Notes: generated by a model not told the origin, from the letters alone. A stretch of DNA of 64,000 nt from Sphingobacteriales bacterium (GCA_004144185.1 SEFP01000004.1:198746-262745), one strand, 5' to 3'; numbered from the stretch's first letter, positions 19,571 to 30,016 are shown. Translations and numbers: made by a program.

Positions 19571-22177
19571 ATGTCTGCCCGCCGACTGTTGCCTTTTCTT
19601 GCGTTCCTGACTGCCTGTGCCCCTTCTAAAAAGCTGCCTTCAAAGAACGTCGTAGTCGATTTGGAACCGATTGACGTCAAAGCCAGCTCCAAAGCAGCCG
19701 AGGTATACCAGGAAGTGCCCGAACGTAAATGGGCATTGGTGCATACCGACCTTAAAATCCGGTTCGATATTCCACAGCGACAGCTTATTGGAACCGCGCA
19801 GATCAAACTGCATCCGGTGGCGTATCCACAGGATTCGCTGGTACTCGATGCACAATCGATGGACCTCCGGAAGGTAACGGTTTCCGGAAGAGACGGCAGC
19901 TATACCCCCGCATTTGTGGCCGATTCGGCGCGCCTGAAAATTGCCTTCCGGACGCCCCAGCAACCTACAGATACGTCTGTTTTGACGATCGACTATCTAG
20001 CTAAACCCTATGCACAGTCGGCAGGAGGCTTTGCCGCTATCCGGGACGACCGTGGGCTGTATTTCGTCAATGCCGAAGGAAAAATCTCCGGAAAGCCGCT
20101 TCAGATCTGGACGCAGGGCGAAACCGAATCCAACTCGCACTGGTTTCCGACCATCGATAAACCCAATGCCCGCAGCACCTTCCGCTTCGAGATTACCGTG
20201 CCGGACAGTTTAACGGTCTTGAGCAACGGCGTTAAAACCTTGGAAGCGCTTAAGAGCGCAACCCGCGAAAAAACTGTGGTCTGGGAGATGAAACAGTCCA
20301 TGCCGCCGTATCTCGCCATGATGGCTATCGGGAATTACGTGCAGGTAAAAGATAGCAGCGCGTTGGGCATTCCGGTCGATTATTATGTAGAGCCGCAGTA
20401 TGCGCCGGCTGCCAAAGCCATCTTCCGGAATACGCCCCGGATGATTCAGTTTTTCTCTGCCGAAACCGGTATTAAATTTCCCTGGCCCAAATACAGCCAG
20501 GTAGTCGCGCGGGATTATGTGAGCGGTGCGATGGAAAATACCTCCGCCTCTTTATTTGGCGAGTTTGTCAATGGTACTGTTCGTCAGGTGGCCGATCAGT
20601 CTTCGGAAGGAGTGGTCGCCCACGAGTTGTTTCACCAGTGGTTTGGCGATTATGCCACGGCCAAAAGCTGGAGCAACCTGACCGTCAACGAAAGTTTTGC
20701 CACCGTGGGCGAAATGCTCTGGGACCAGTATCAGTATGGGGCCGATAAAGCAGCCGAACTGCGCCAGCGCTATCTGGAGCGGTATCTGAACGGTGCCAAG
20801 CGCAAAGACCCGGCTCTGGTGCGCCATTACTATGCGTCCGAAGGCGAGATGTTTGACCATGTTTCCTACCAGAAAGGCGGACTAATCCTGTGGTCGATCC
20901 GGGAACAGGTCGGTCCGGAACTGTTCCGGAAGGCTATGAAACGCTACCTGGAAACCAATGCCAACAGTCCGGCCGATGCACAGGACTGGCGCAAGGCGCT
21001 GGAGGCGGTGACCGGGAACGACTGGAATCCGTTTTTCAACCAGTGGTACAACCGCGGCGGACATCCGGTGGTGCGGTTCCGTTTCCGGAATGAATCGGGT
21101 GGTACCTGGCTGCTGGCCAATCAAACGCAACCGGCGCTCTACACGTTGCCGATTCAGGTGGCGGTGATGGAGGAAAGCGGGCTGTTGCAACGACTTCCGT
21201 GGACGCTGAAAGCAGCAGAAGACAGTTTATGGATTGCGCATACCGGACCCAGGCCGGTGATTATTCCGGATGCCGCTCATATTGTAGTAGGAGAGGTGAA
21301 GGTGACGAAACCGGAGGCCGAATGGATCCGGCAGTTTATCGTAGCCGAAGACTTTCGCTCCAAAACGGAGGCACTGACCCACATTCAGGACAAGACCTTC
21401 AGTCAGCCGCTTTATGATGCCGTGCTGCAAACACTGCGAAGCAACCGGAATGTGCTGCGACCGGTCGTGATCGCCGATCTGGCCGCCCGTGACGGCCAAT
21501 GGCGCACCGCGGAACTGCGGAGCTGGTTGCGTCAGGCGGCTACCAATACTACTGAGGCGGTTGCCGTACGCAATGCCGCCCTCGCGGTATACAGCCGCTG
21601 GGATTCCGGAACCGGAAACCTGCCGATGTACCAGTCGCTGCTGACCGATCGTTCGTATTTCGTTGCGGGAACGGCCCTTACAGCCATTCAAAAGGCCGAC
21701 AGTGTACAGGCGATTGTAGCAGCGCGCCAGGTGCTGGATCAGGGCGATGCCCGTTCGGCGTTGTTATCTACTGCCGCAGAGGGCGTGGCTGCAACCGGTT
21801 TTCCGGAAGATCTGGCACGGATTGCCGCGAGTGCCCAGGGGAAATGGGGCCGGGAACGCGCCTGGTTGCTGGAGGCGGCTCAGTTTCACTGGCAGGCCGA
21901 TACGACAGCGGGCAGTGCTGCGCTTCGCCTGTTGACGCAGTGGTATCAGGAAGAGGAAGCTGGATTCGTAAAAAATCAGCAGCTCAATACCTGGAATAAT
22001 CTGGTGGTGCGGGCGCAGGAACAAGTCGATAATCCGGAATGGAATGCGAAGAAGGGTGCACTTACGAACGCGTTGCGCGCGTTACAAAACGCCGAAAAAG
22101 ACCTGCCCATTGCGGCCCGGATCGAAAAGATGATTCGGCGGCTGAATGGAACGTCAGCAGCAGATACTGAAGACTAA
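19571..22177 (+). CDS. M1-family zinc aminopeptidase (lipoprotein)
   Basis: GAMEN exopeptidase motif (SGAMENTS) and HELFHQWFGD...E zinc site. The ATG at 19571 gives a lipoprotein signal (MSARRLLPFLAFLTAC). Confidence 0.85.
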   Translation: MSARRLLPFLAFLTACAPSKKLPSKNVVVDLEPIDVKASSKAAEVYQEVPERKWALVHTDLKIRFDIPQRQLIGTAQIKLHPVAYPQDSLVLDAQSMDLRKVTVSGRDGSYTPAFVADSARLKIAFRTPQQPTDTSVLTIDYLAKPYAQSAGGFAAIRDDRGLYFVNAEGKISGKPLQIWTQGETESNSHWFPTIDKPNARSTFRFEITVPDSLTVLSNGVKTLEALKSATREKTVVWEMKQSMPPYLAMMAIGNYVQVKDSSALGIPVDYYVEPQYAPAAKAIFRNTPRMIQFFSAETGIKFPWPKYSQVVARDYVSGAMENTSASLFGEFVNGTVRQVADQSSEGVVAHELFHQWFGDYATAKSWSNLTVNESFATVGEMLWDQYQYGADKAAELRQRYLERYLNGAKRKDPALVRHYYASEGEMFDHVSYQKGGLILWSIREQVGPELFRKAMKRYLETNANSPADAQDWRKALEAVTGNDWNPFFNQWYNRGGHPVVRFRFRNESGGTWLLANQTQPALYTLPIQVAVMEESGLLQRLPWTLKAAEDSLWIAHTGPRPVIIPDAAHIVVGEVKVTKPEAEWIRQFIVAEDFRSKTEALTHIQDKTFSQPLYDAVLQTLRSNRNVLRPVVIADLAARDGQWRTAELRSWLRQAATNTTEAVAVRNAALAVYSRWDSGTGNLPMYQSLLTDRSYFVAGTALTAIQKADSVQAIVAARQVLDQGDARSALLSTAAEGVAATGFPEDLARIAASAQGKWGRERAWLLEAAQFHWQADTTAGSAALRLLTQWYQEEEAGFVKNQQLNTWNNLVVRAQEQVDNPEWNAKKGALTNALRALQNAEKDLPIAARIEKMIRRLNGTSAADTED

Positions 22178-22245
22178 AAGAGCCGGAAAAAGGCTGAAAG
22201 AATTGGTCGCTTTCCGGAAGTTTTCTTAAAAACTGATGCTTTGCT

Positions 22246-22833
22246 TCACCGTTCGTTCCGGAAGCGCGCATCCAATTGCAGTACCTGTGGCAGAAGCGCT
22301 TGGACGTCATCGTTGACGATCACAAAATCGCAGCGGCTGTTGCGTTCGGCTTCCGAAAGCTGCCGGGCCATGCGACTGCGAATAGCTTCTTCTAAAACAT
22401 TATCCCGCGCCATCGCCCGAGCCAGTCGAAGGGCTTCCGGCGCGGTGACGCAAATCGTTTGCTGCACCGTTGTATGAGCACCGCTTTCAAACAAAATTGC
22501 CGCTTCCTTGAGGAGATACGGTGCTTCGGAATGTTCTTCCTGAAACTGCTGCCAGGCCAGTGCCGTTGCCGGATGCACCAAAGCGTTGAGCGCCTCCAAC
22601 AGTTCCGGAACGCCAAACACCTTCGCCGCAATAGCTTTCCGGTCCAGAACGCCGTTCGGATAGGTTTCCGGACCTAGCAATTCGATGATCTGCCGGCGAA
22701 GATTCAAGTTGGTTTCCATGACTTCGCGGGCGGCTGCATCCGCATAAAAAACCGGACTTCCGAGTACCTCGAAAATCCGGCAGACAGTCGTTTTTCCGGA
22801 GCCAATGCCACCGGTAACGCCAATAGTGAGCAT
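22246..22833 (-). CDS. coaE: Dephospho-CoA kinase
   Basis: The internal ATG at 22833 gives MLTIGVTGGIGSGKTTV, the canonical CoaE P-loop N-terminus. Confidence 0.9.
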   Translation of the reverse strand: MLTIGVTGGIGSGKTTVCRIFEVLGSPVFYADAAAREVMETNLNLRRQIIELLGPETYPNGVLDRKAIAAKVFGVPELLEALNALVHPATALAWQQFQEEHSEAPYLLKEAAILFESGAHTTVQQTICVTAPEALRLARAMARDNVLEEAIRSRMARQLSEAERNSRCDFVIVNDDVQALLPQVLQLDARFRNER

Positions 22834-22840
22834 CCTATCC

Positions 22841-23215
22841 TTACTTAACAGGCGTGGCCTGTGGCAGTGGAGTAGAAGTGGATGCTGCAGTTGTAGTAGC
22901 AGTAGCACCAGTACGCTTGTGCAGGGCACTGGTCATTTCCATGCTGATGGCATTACGCTCCATCCGCATAATGGTGTTGCGGGCCACTTCCACATCTACG
23001 GTGCCGTCTTCATTCATCTTCTGGATGCGACCGTGGATGCCGGCAGTGGTTACGACCGTCTCGCCGGTGCCCATCGTTTCAGCAAATTTCTTTTGCTCTT
23101 TGGCGCGGCGCGACTGCGGACGAATCATGAAAAAATACATTACAGCAGCCATACCCAGCATCATTAGTAACTGGGGGGTCATGCTTGGCGCAGCCTGAAA
23201 CAGAATCGCGTTCAT
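22841..23215 (-). CDS. yajC: Preprotein translocase subunit YajC
   Basis: TM segment followed by FFMIRPQSRRAKEQKKF...GETVVTTAGIHGRI, a canonical YajC core. Confidence 0.85.
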   Translation of the reverse strand: MNAILFQAAPSMTPQLLMMLGMAAVMYFFMIRPQSRRAKEQKKFAETMGTGETVVTTAGIHGRIQKMNEDGTVDVEVARNTIMRMERNAISMEMTSALHKRTGATATTTAASTSTPLPQATPVK

Positions 23216-23254
23216 AAAAAAGAAAGTAAGGGGATATGTTTGAAGAGAGGAAGA

Positions 23255-23737
23255 TCAGGGTGTGGGCGTGCTTACGTCCCCTCTGATGTGCAGCTGCGGG
23301 GTGTACGGCGCATTGGTACTTACGGTAATGGCTTTATCCTGAAGACCGCTTTTGCCTTTGGAATCGAATTTGACCTTGATACTAGCGGAGGCTCCCGGAG
23401 CAATCGGCTCTTTCGGATAATCGGACGCTGTGCAACCGCAGGAGGTCTGCGTGCCGGCTACCAGCAAGGGTACTTTTCCGGAATTGGTGAAGCGAAACTC
23501 ATACATAACCTGTTCGCCTTCGCGGATCACACCGAAATCATGCAGCGTATCTGCAAACGAGATGGCCGGCATCCGGGTTAGCACACCCGTGTCGGTTCCG
23601 GATGCCGTCGTGGCGTTCTGTACCATATCGGCCGAAAGCAGGGTCGCATCGTTGCCTTTAGCAACAGTAGTCCCTGCATCATTGGCACAGCCAGCCAGCA
23701 GGCCGGTGAGCGCCAGCAAACAAAAAGCTTTTTTCAC
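23255..23737 (-). CDS. DUF1573 domain lipoprotein
   Basis: Lipobox LLAGC. The FGVIREGEQVMYEFRFTNSGKVPLLV...CGCT pattern is typical of DUF1573. Confidence 0.75.
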   Translation of the reverse strand: MKKAFCLLALTGLLAGCANDAGTTVAKGNDATLLSADMVQNATTASGTDTGVLTRMPAISFADTLHDFGVIREGEQVMYEFRFTNSGKVPLLVAGTQTSCGCTASDYPKEPIAPGASASIKVKFDSKGKSGLQDKAITVSTNAPYTPQLHIRGDVSTPTP

Positions 23738-23746
23738 AGCGCAAAT

Positions 23747-24685
23747 TTAAGCTTTTTTCAGTCGGTCCTGCTTCCGGATCAGGTCTTTGGCCGTCAGGTC
23801 TTTCAATAAATTGTCGAGCACTCCGTTTACAAACTGCCCGCTTTGTGCCGTACTGTAGGTTTTGGCGATGTCGATGTACTCGTTGATGGTCACCTTGGTT
23901 GGGATCGTCGGGAAGTACAGCAGTTCACAAACGCCCATCCGCAGCAGGATAAAATCGATCTGCGCCACCCGCTCCGGATCCCAGTTTTTCAACCGTGGCT
24001 GGATAGTCTCATCCAGATACTCCGCTTTATCGATGCAGTATTTCACGAGGTCCTTCGCGTACTGACGCTTTTCTTCTGTGAGCAGTTCAGCAAACGAGGT
24101 TTTGCCGGGTTTCCGGAAAAAGTTTTCCAGCAGCATGGCCATTACTTCTGCATCATCTTCCCAGCCCGAAAAGCTGTCGTTCAGAAACTCACGGCCCCAG
24201 TCGCTGCCTGCAATCAGCTTTTCCCAGATCACCTGGAACATGGCTTTTTCAGCTTTGGGGTGCCGTTCGGTTTCCTCATTGTAAGCGGCATATTCCGGCA
24301 GCTGTTGCAGAGCCTTGTGACCCGTTTTGATAAAATCATCGGTTACAAATTTGTCCAAGCCTGAGTCTTTGATGCGTTGCTGAAAAGTGGGGCTTTCCAG
24401 CAGACTCCAGAGAAACGTATTACCGGCAATCCGGGTAGGAACCACCAGATCTTCCGGCGTCGGCAGGTGCTTGCTTCGGCGGCGGGTCGCATCCACTTCG
24501 GCATGCTGTGCCAACCGGATCGTAAGCAGTAATGCACCGGCGAAATGATCCATCAGTTCATCCAGCTGATGAGCCAGTACCTGTTGCCCTTTTTTTAGCC
24601 GAACCGAAAGCTCCATTTCGCCACTGGCCGCAAGAGTATAGAGCGTCTGCATGACTTTTACACGGATATGGCGGCGGCTGATCAT
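23747..24685 (-). CDS. nusB: Transcription antitermination factor NusB (long Bacteroidota form)
   Basis: The ATG at 24685 gives MISRRHIRVKVMQTLY. The C-terminal NusB core reads RVAQIDFILLRMGVCELLYF...INEYIDIAKTYS. The 566-aa track ORF is an artefactual extension. Confidence 0.85.
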   Translation of the reverse strand: MISRRHIRVKVMQTLYTLAASGEMELSVRLKKGQQVLAHQLDELMDHFAGALLLTIRLAQHAEVDATRRRSKHLPTPEDLVVPTRIAGNTFLWSLLESPTFQQRIKDSGLDKFVTDDFIKTGHKALQQLPEYAAYNEETERHPKAEKAMFQVIWEKLIAGSDWGREFLNDSFSGWEDDAEVMAMLLENFFRKPGKTSFAELLTEEKRQYAKDLVKYCIDKAEYLDETIQPRLKNWDPERVAQIDFILLRMGVCELLYFPTIPTKVTINEYIDIAKTYSTAQSGQFVNGVLDNLLKDLTAKDLIRKQDRLKKA

Positions 24686-24769
24686 AATAGGAAAAGGGTA
24701 AAAAACGGCTAAAGGGCGGCAAAGATACTGTCTTCCGGAGCCGTTGGGACGTTCCAGTCTGGAGTGGCC

Positions 24770-24777
24770 TAAATTTG
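24770..24777 (+). promoter_or_regulatory. Candidate -7 box (TAAATTTG)
   Basis: Matches TAnnTTTG and ends 10 nt upstream of the ATG at 24788. Confidence 0.45.
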
Positions 24778-24787
24778 CATCTTCTTT

Positions 24788-26368
24788 ATGATGAAGCCGC
24801 CCCGTACTGCGCTGATTATCGGCGCCGGCCCTGCCGGCCTCACGGCTGCTCTGGAACTGCTGGAACGCACCGATATTGTGCCTCTTATCCTGGAGCAGTC
24901 GCCGTATATCGGGGGGATTTCCAAAACCATTGCCTATAAAGGCAACCGGATTGATATCGGCGGACACCGTTTTTTTTCCAAAAGCGACCGTGTGATGCAA
25001 TGGTGGCTGGCACACATGCCGCTGGAAGCCGGGGCTGAAGAATCGTTCCCGATTAGCTACCAGGGAAAGACCCGATCGGTGCAGGTGGGTAAGACGGCCG
25101 CCCCCGACGCTGAAAAAGTGATGCTCGTACGAAGCCGGCAATCGAGAATCTATTTCCGAAAACAATTTTTTGAGTATCCGATTTCGCTGTCGGCAGCTAC
25201 GCTGCGTAAACTGGGGTTGGCAAAGGTGTGGAAGATCGGCTGGAGTTATCTCTATGCCCGGCTGCAACCGATCCGGAACGAGCGCAGCCTGGAAGATTTC
25301 TTTATCAACCGTTTTGGGCGCGAACTCTACGAAACCTTCTTTAAGGATTATACGGAGAAGGTTTGGGGCGTGCCGTGCAGCCAGATTTCCAACGAGTGGG
25401 GCGCGCAACGCGTAAAGGGGCTGTCGGTTACGAAAGCAGTGGTCCATGCAGCTAAAAAGATGTTTTCCGGAAACAAAGCATCCGGAAATCTGGTGCAGAA
25501 AGACACGGAAACCAGCCTGATTGAACGCTTTTTATATCCCCGCTTGGGGCCGGGCCAGTTGTGGGAAGAAGTCGCTGCGCAAATCCAGGCGCGGGGTGGG
25601 CAAATCCTTCACCACCAGGAAGTGACTGGTGTAGAACGAACCGATACCAGCGTTGTGGCTGTAACCGCACGTAATTCCGGAACCGATGTTGTAACCCGTT
25701 ACGAAGCAGATTTCGTTTTCTCGACCATGCCGGTGCAGACCTTAATTGGTGGATTGACACCTGCTGCCCCTTCGGATGTGATCCGGACCGCTGCCGGACT
25801 GCAATACCGGGATTTCATGACCGTCGGACTGCTGCTCACTGAACTGAAAGTCAAGGATGAAACCGCGGCCAACCAGCTGATCCGCGACAACTGGATTTAC
25901 ATTCAGGAAAGTGAAGTCAGCATCGGGCGGTTGCAGATTTTCAACAACTGGAGTCCCTATATGGTGGCCAATCCGGATCAGGTCTGGATCGGACTGGAAT
26001 ATTTCTGTTTTAAAGGCGATGCGCTCTGGAGCAAACCCGATGCCGAGCTGATCGACTTTGCAATCGGTGAACTGGTGCAGATCGGGATCATCGACCGGGC
26101 TGCGGTGCTGGACGGAACTGTTTTACGCGAAGAAAAAACCTATCCGGCGTATTTCGGAACCTATAACAACTTCGACGTCATCCGGCAGTTTACCGATACA
26201 TTGCAGAATCTGTTTCTGATCGGGCGCAACGGCATGCACAAGTACAACAACTCCGATCACAGTATGCTTACGGCGATGGAAGCAGTTGACAACCTTATTT
26301 CCGGAAGGGCGGATAAAGCCAATATCTGGGCCGTAAATACCGAGCAGGACTACCACGAGGAGAAATAA
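24788..26368 (+). CDS. NAD(P)/FAD-dependent oxidoreductase (amine-oxidase / HemY-like fold)
   Basis: [17 protein letters not shown] dinucleotide-binding motif, followed by GGISKT...IDIGGHRFF. Confidence 0.75.
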   Translation: MMKPPRTALIIGAGPAGLTAALELLERTDIVPLILEQSPYIGGISKTIAYKGNRIDIGGHRFFSKSDRVMQWWLAHMPLEAGAEESFPISYQGKTRSVQVGKTAAPDAEKVMLVRSRQSRIYFRKQFFEYPISLSAATLRKLGLAKVWKIGWSYLYARLQPIRNERSLEDFFINRFGRELYETFFKDYTEKVWGVPCSQISNEWGAQRVKGLSVTKAVVHAAKKMFSGNKASGNLVQKDTETSLIERFLYPRLGPGQLWEEVAAQIQARGGQILHHQEVTGVERTDTSVVAVTARNSGTDVVTRYEADFVFSTMPVQTLIGGLTPAAPSDVIRTAAGLQYRDFMTVGLLLTELKVKDETAANQLIRDNWIYIQESEVSIGRLQIFNNWSPYMVANPDQVWIGLEYFCFKGDALWSKPDAELIDFAIGELVQIGIIDRAAVLDGTVLREEKTYPAYFGTYNNFDVIRQFTDTLQNLFLIGRNGMHKYNNSDHSMLTAMEAVDNLISGRADKANIWAVNTEQDYHEEK

Positions 26369-26382
26369 AGCCCTACTAAAAA

Positions 26383-26413
26383 AGCCGGTAGCAGTGAAAG
26401 ACTGCTACCGGCT
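26383..26413. terminator. Bidirectional rho-independent terminator
   Basis: Perfect 12-bp stem AGCCGGTAGCAG/CTGCTACCGGCT with loop TGAAAGA. It is flanked by A5 and T5 runs and lies between convergent genes. Confidence 0.8.
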
Positions 26414-26438
26414 TTTTGAAGTACTATTTTAAAACGGT

Positions 26439-27647
26439 CTAGGCACTGCGCTTGGCTTTCAGGCCTGCGTCCAGGGCGTCCAGGAACTCTTCGGTGTAGA
26501 GGTAATGCTCGCCGTGATTCACTTTGTTGCCATGAACGGCTACGGCCAGATCTTTGGTCATCTTGCCGCTTTCAACGGTTTCGATGCAGACCTGCTCCAG
26601 TGCATTGGAAAAATCAATCAGCTCCTGGTTGCCGTCGAGCTTGCCCCGGAAGGCCAGCCCGCGTGTCCAGGCGAAGATGGAGGCGATTGGGTTGGTACTG
26701 GTCGGATTGCCTTTCTGATGCTCGCGGTAGTGGCGGGTTACGGTGCCGTGGGCGGCTTCCGACTCCATCGTTTTACCGTCAGGCGTGACCAGTACGGAGG
26801 TCATCAGTCCCAGTGAACCGAAGCCCTGGGCTACGATATCGCTTTGTACGTCGCCGTCGTAATTTTTACAGGCCCATACAAAGTTGCCGTTCCATTTCAG
26901 CGCCGAGGCCACCATATCGTCGATCAAACGGTGCTCGTACTGAACGTTCGGGAACTCTTTGGATACTTCTTCGAAGATGTCTTTAAAGCGACCGTCGTAT
27001 TTCTTGAGGATGGTATTCTTGGTGCTCAGGTACAGCGGCCATTGCTTCTGCGCAGCCATGTTGAAGCAGCTATGGGCAAAACCACGGATGCTTTCGTCGG
27101 TATTGTACATGGCCAGGGCTACGCCGTCGCCTTTAAACTGGTACACTTCGTGCTCGATAACCGTGCCGTCTTCTCCTTCAAATTTGATGGTGAGTTTGCC
27201 TTTGCCTTTGGTGACAAAATCGGTGGCGCGGTACTGATCGCCGAAGGCGTGGCGGCCTACGATAATCGGAGCATCCCAGTTAACGACCAGCCGGGGTACA
27301 TTCTGAATTACGATCGGCTCGCGGAATACCGTACCGTCGAGAATGTTGCGGATCGTGCCGTTGGGCGACTTCCACATTTGTTTCAGGTTGAATTCCTTCA
27401 CCCGCTCTTCATCGGGCGTAATCGTAGCGCATTTAACGCCCACGCCGTACTGCTTAATGGCTTCAGCGGCGTCGATGGTTACCTGATCGTTCGTAGCATC
27501 GCGGTGTTCGATACCAAGATCGTAGTATTTCAGATCCACCTCTACGTACGGCAGGATCAGCTTGTCTTTGATAAATTTCCAGATGATGCGGGTCATCTCA
27601 TCGCCGTCGAGTTCTACAACGGGATTGGCTACTTTGATTTTGGCCAT
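26439..27647 (-). CDS. icd: NADP-dependent isocitrate dehydrogenase (IDH1-like, about 400-aa type)
   Basis: [23 protein letters not shown]... and the rest of the sequence read as the eukaryotic-type homodimeric IDH. Confidence 0.93.
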   Translation of the reverse strand: MAKIKVANPVVELDGDEMTRIIWKFIKDKLILPYVEVDLKYYDLGIEHRDATNDQVTIDAAEAIKQYGVGVKCATITPDEERVKEFNLKQMWKSPNGTIRNILDGTVFREPIVIQNVPRLVVNWDAPIIVGRHAFGDQYRATDFVTKGKGKLTIKFEGEDGTVIEHEVYQFKGDGVALAMYNTDESIRGFAHSCFNMAAQKQWPLYLSTKNTILKKYDGRFKDIFEEVSKEFPNVQYEHRLIDDMVASALKWNGNFVWACKNYDGDVQSDIVAQGFGSLGLMTSVLVTPDGKTMESEAAHGTVTRHYREHQKGNPTSTNPIASIFAWTRGLAFRGKLDGNQELIDFSNALEQVCIETVESGKMTKDLAVAVHGNKVNHGEHYLYTEEFLDALDAGLKAKRSA

Positions 27648-27858
27648 GAACAGAAAATGTTTTGAAAAAAGAAAACGGGGTAGGGCGTCGCGAAAATAGG
27701 CTCTCCCTTCCGGAAAATTAGCTTCCGGAAACCAAAGGCGTATGTAAAACTACCGACTGTCGTCACCGGCTTTTCTATAAAATATCAGATGAGGCGATGA
27801 CCTCAACTTTTAAAGGAAGTGGAATACGTGCCACCCGAAGATCCATTGAGCAGCAGAT

Positions 27859-28323
27859 TTACCCTTTAAAAATCCGCTGGTCAAACGGAAACGGCTCCAC
27901 CGAAACTATTTGAATGCAGCTGAAAGCCCCATGCTGTGGGTTGATCAGGATATTGAAATCGCCCTGCACCACCGCTGAGGGAACCTGTAATACAGGTGCT
28001 TTTCCGGACAGCAAAAACGCTTCGCCCAGCTTCTGCGTTTCCGGACCGTGCGGAAACCGGTTCCAATTGGGGGGTAAATCTGCTGGTAGAATATGTTCGA
28101 TGGCCAAGTCGTCCGGAACCGCAATCGTCATCATACAATAATCGGTCGGCAAAGTCGCCAGCGTCAGATGAACCGCTACTTCCGCCATCGCCAGCGAGCG
28201 GTTGGAAGCGGTGTAAATCAGTTCCATACCCACCGGATTCCAGCGGGCGCCGTACAACGCCGCTCCTTTTCCGGAAAGGCTTGTTGAGAACGGCTGCCGG
28301 CACAATCGAAAAACCTCCATCAT
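27859..28323 (-). CDS. RES-domain toxin (NAD+-targeting family)
   Basis: GARWNP (R), YTASNRSLAMAEV (E) and LQVPSAVV...NILINP (S) motifs. The start overlaps the antitoxin stop (TAATG). Confidence 0.85.
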   Translation of the reverse strand: MMEVFRLCRQPFSTSLSGKGAALYGARWNPVGMELIYTASNRSLAMAEVAVHLTLATLPTDYCMMTIAVPDDLAIEHILPADLPPNWNRFPHGPETQKLGEAFLLSGKAPVLQVPSAVVQGDFNILINPQHGAFSCIQIVSVEPFPFDQRIFKG

Positions 28324-28823
28324 TAGGCCAGAATGCCGTGGCTAATACGGGTCAGCTCGGCCAGCACCATATCCTTGCCGTACGAATCGCGCAGCAAGAC
28401 CAGCGGCTGTAAATTCCCTAAGGCAAACGACGGGGTATCCAGCCAGTGCTTCAGGCGTTCCATTGTTCCGAATACGTCCAGTCCGGCCATTGTGACCTCG
28501 GCCATCTCCAGAATTTTCTCGGAATGAATGGGCTTAAAGGCTTTGTCAGCCTGCTTGTAGCGCAACAGCGATTTGGTCGAAAGATCGAGAATGTCGGCCC
28601 AGTCGGTTTCGCTGAGCGGACTGTAATCCTGCACCATGTTGAAAAAAGAATACGGAAGTCCGTTGCGGATCAGCTGTACCAATAGCATTTTATTGGCCAG
28701 CAGTCCGCTGTAAGTCACCGGAGTTCCGGAAAGAAAGCGTTTGTCGATACCTGATTTACGCACCGCGTTCTGCGCTTCGCGGTCGAGCTTGTGCACAATG
28801 GCAACCGGAACATTCAGTGGCAT
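28323..28823 (-). CDS. Xre/MbcA/ParS-type antitoxin (DUF2384 C-terminal toxin-binding domain)
   Basis: C-terminal WLDTPSFALGNLQPLVLL...G...VLAELTRISHGI is typical of DUF2384. It sits upstream of the RES gene. Confidence 0.8.
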   Translation of the reverse strand: MPLNVPVAIVHKLDREAQNAVRKSGIDKRFLSGTPVTYSGLLANKMLLVQLIRNGLPYSFFNMVQDYSPLSETDWADILDLSTKSLLRYKQADKAFKPIHSEKILEMAEVTMAGLDVFGTMERLKHWLDTPSFALGNLQPLVLLRDSYGKDMVLAELTRISHGILA

Positions 28824-28833
28824 AGTTGGGACA

Positions 28834-28856
28834 TTTGTCTACAAATTTAAGACAAA
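28834..28856 (-). promoter_or_regulatory. Candidate operator/promoter of the TA pair: 7-bp inverted repeat enclosing a -7 box
   Basis: The minus strand reads TTTGTCT-TAAATTTGT-AGACAAA. TAAATTTG matches TAnnTTTG, and the element ends 10 nt before the antitoxin ATG (28823). Confidence 0.45.
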
Positions 28857-28872
28857 AGTCCGGACAATTTTG

Positions 28873-30012
28873 TTATTGTTTTAATGCCAAGTCTTGTTGT
28901 GCAGCCCAGTTCTGAAGGTCTTGTTTCGTGAGTGCCGCCGCCATCAGTTCCGGAAATTTATCGGGTGTACAGGCAAAGACCGGAATGCCCAGCGTAGCCA
29001 TAAATTCTGCATTGCGATGGTCATAGGAAGGAGCCCCATCGTCGTTGAGTGCCAGTAATACCACGACCTGTACGCCGGCTGCCGTCAGCTCCGTGACCCG
29101 CCTGCGCATGCCTTCCGGATTGCCGCCTTCGTATAAATCCGTCACCAGCACCAGCACGGTATCCAAGGGCCTTGATACGATCTGCTGGCAGTACATAAGC
29201 GCGCGGTTGATGTCGGTTCCGCCACCCAGTTGCACCCCAAACAACAGCTCGACCGGATCTTGTAGCTCTTCGGTCAGGTCGGCCACTTCGGTATCGAACA
29301 CCACGACCTGCGTACGCAACGCCGGAATGGACGCCAGTACGGCCCCAAAGATTCCGGAATACACCACGCTCGAACCCATCGAACCACTCTGGTCGATGCA
29401 CAGCACCACGTCTTTAAGCGCGGTTTGCCGGCGGCCATAGCCAATCCGCGTTTCCGGAATAATGGTTTTATAGTCTTCCTGATAGTGCTTCAGGTTGCGG
29501 CGGATGGTCAGCGGCCAGTTGATTTCGGCATGACGGGGACGTAGTTTCCGGCTGCTCCGGTTGAGGGCGCCGCTGATTGCTTGTTGGGTGGGCTGCTGTA
29601 ACTTTTCAATCAACGCGTCTACCACCTTCCGGACCACCTGTCGCGCGGTGTCTTTTGTTTTATCCGGAATCACCCGGCTCAGCGTCATTAGGGTTGCTAC
29701 CAGATGCACATCCGGGGTCACCGTTTCCAGCGATTCTTTTTCAAACAGCATCTGGGTCAGGTTCAGCCGCTCCATCGCATCCTGCTGCATGACCTGCACA
29801 ACCGGCTGCGGGAAAAACTCCCGGATATCGGCCAGCCATCGACTTACTTTCGGTGAAGACGGCCCCAGTCCGCCGGTGCGCTCGCTCTCATACAACGCTT
29901 CCAGCGCGCCGTCCATACGGGTTTCGGTGGCGCTCAGGGATACGCCCAGTGGCGCGTCTGCGGCCGTGCCCAAAATCAGGCGCCATTTCCGGAGTAACGA
30001 TTCATCAGCCAT
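28873..30012 (-). CDS. VWA-domain protein (YehP/CoxE-like)
   Basis: I chose the ATG at 30012 (MADESLLRKWRLILG), 4 nt after the upstream stop. The MIDAS motif is intact: CIDQSGSM (DxSxS), GGGTDI (T), LVTDLYEGG (D). Confidence 0.8.
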   Translation of the reverse strand: MADESLLRKWRLILGTAADAPLGVSLSATETRMDGALEALYESERTGGLGPSSPKVSRWLADIREFFPQPVVQVMQQDAMERLNLTQMLFEKESLETVTPDVHLVATLMTLSRVIPDKTKDTARQVVRKVVDALIEKLQQPTQQAISGALNRSSRKLRPRHAEINWPLTIRRNLKHYQEDYKTIIPETRIGYGRRQTALKDVVLCIDQSGSMGSSVVYSGIFGAVLASIPALRTQVVVFDTEVADLTEELQDPVELLFGVQLGGGTDINRALMYCQQIVSRPLDTVLVLVTDLYEGGNPEGMRRRVTELTAAGVQVVVLLALNDDGAPSYDHRNAEFMATLGIPVFACTPDKFPELMAAALTKQDLQNWAAQQDLALKQ

Positions 30013-30016
30013 CAGC

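Noticed and set aside
23747-25447. A 566-aa minus-strand ORF that looks like a very large protein.
   Set aside because: Only the C-terminal 313 aa, from the ATG at 24685 (MISRRHIRVKVMQ), is NusB-like. The N-terminal extension has no recognisable features. It also runs antisense through the well-supported FAD oxidoreductase gene (24788-26368).
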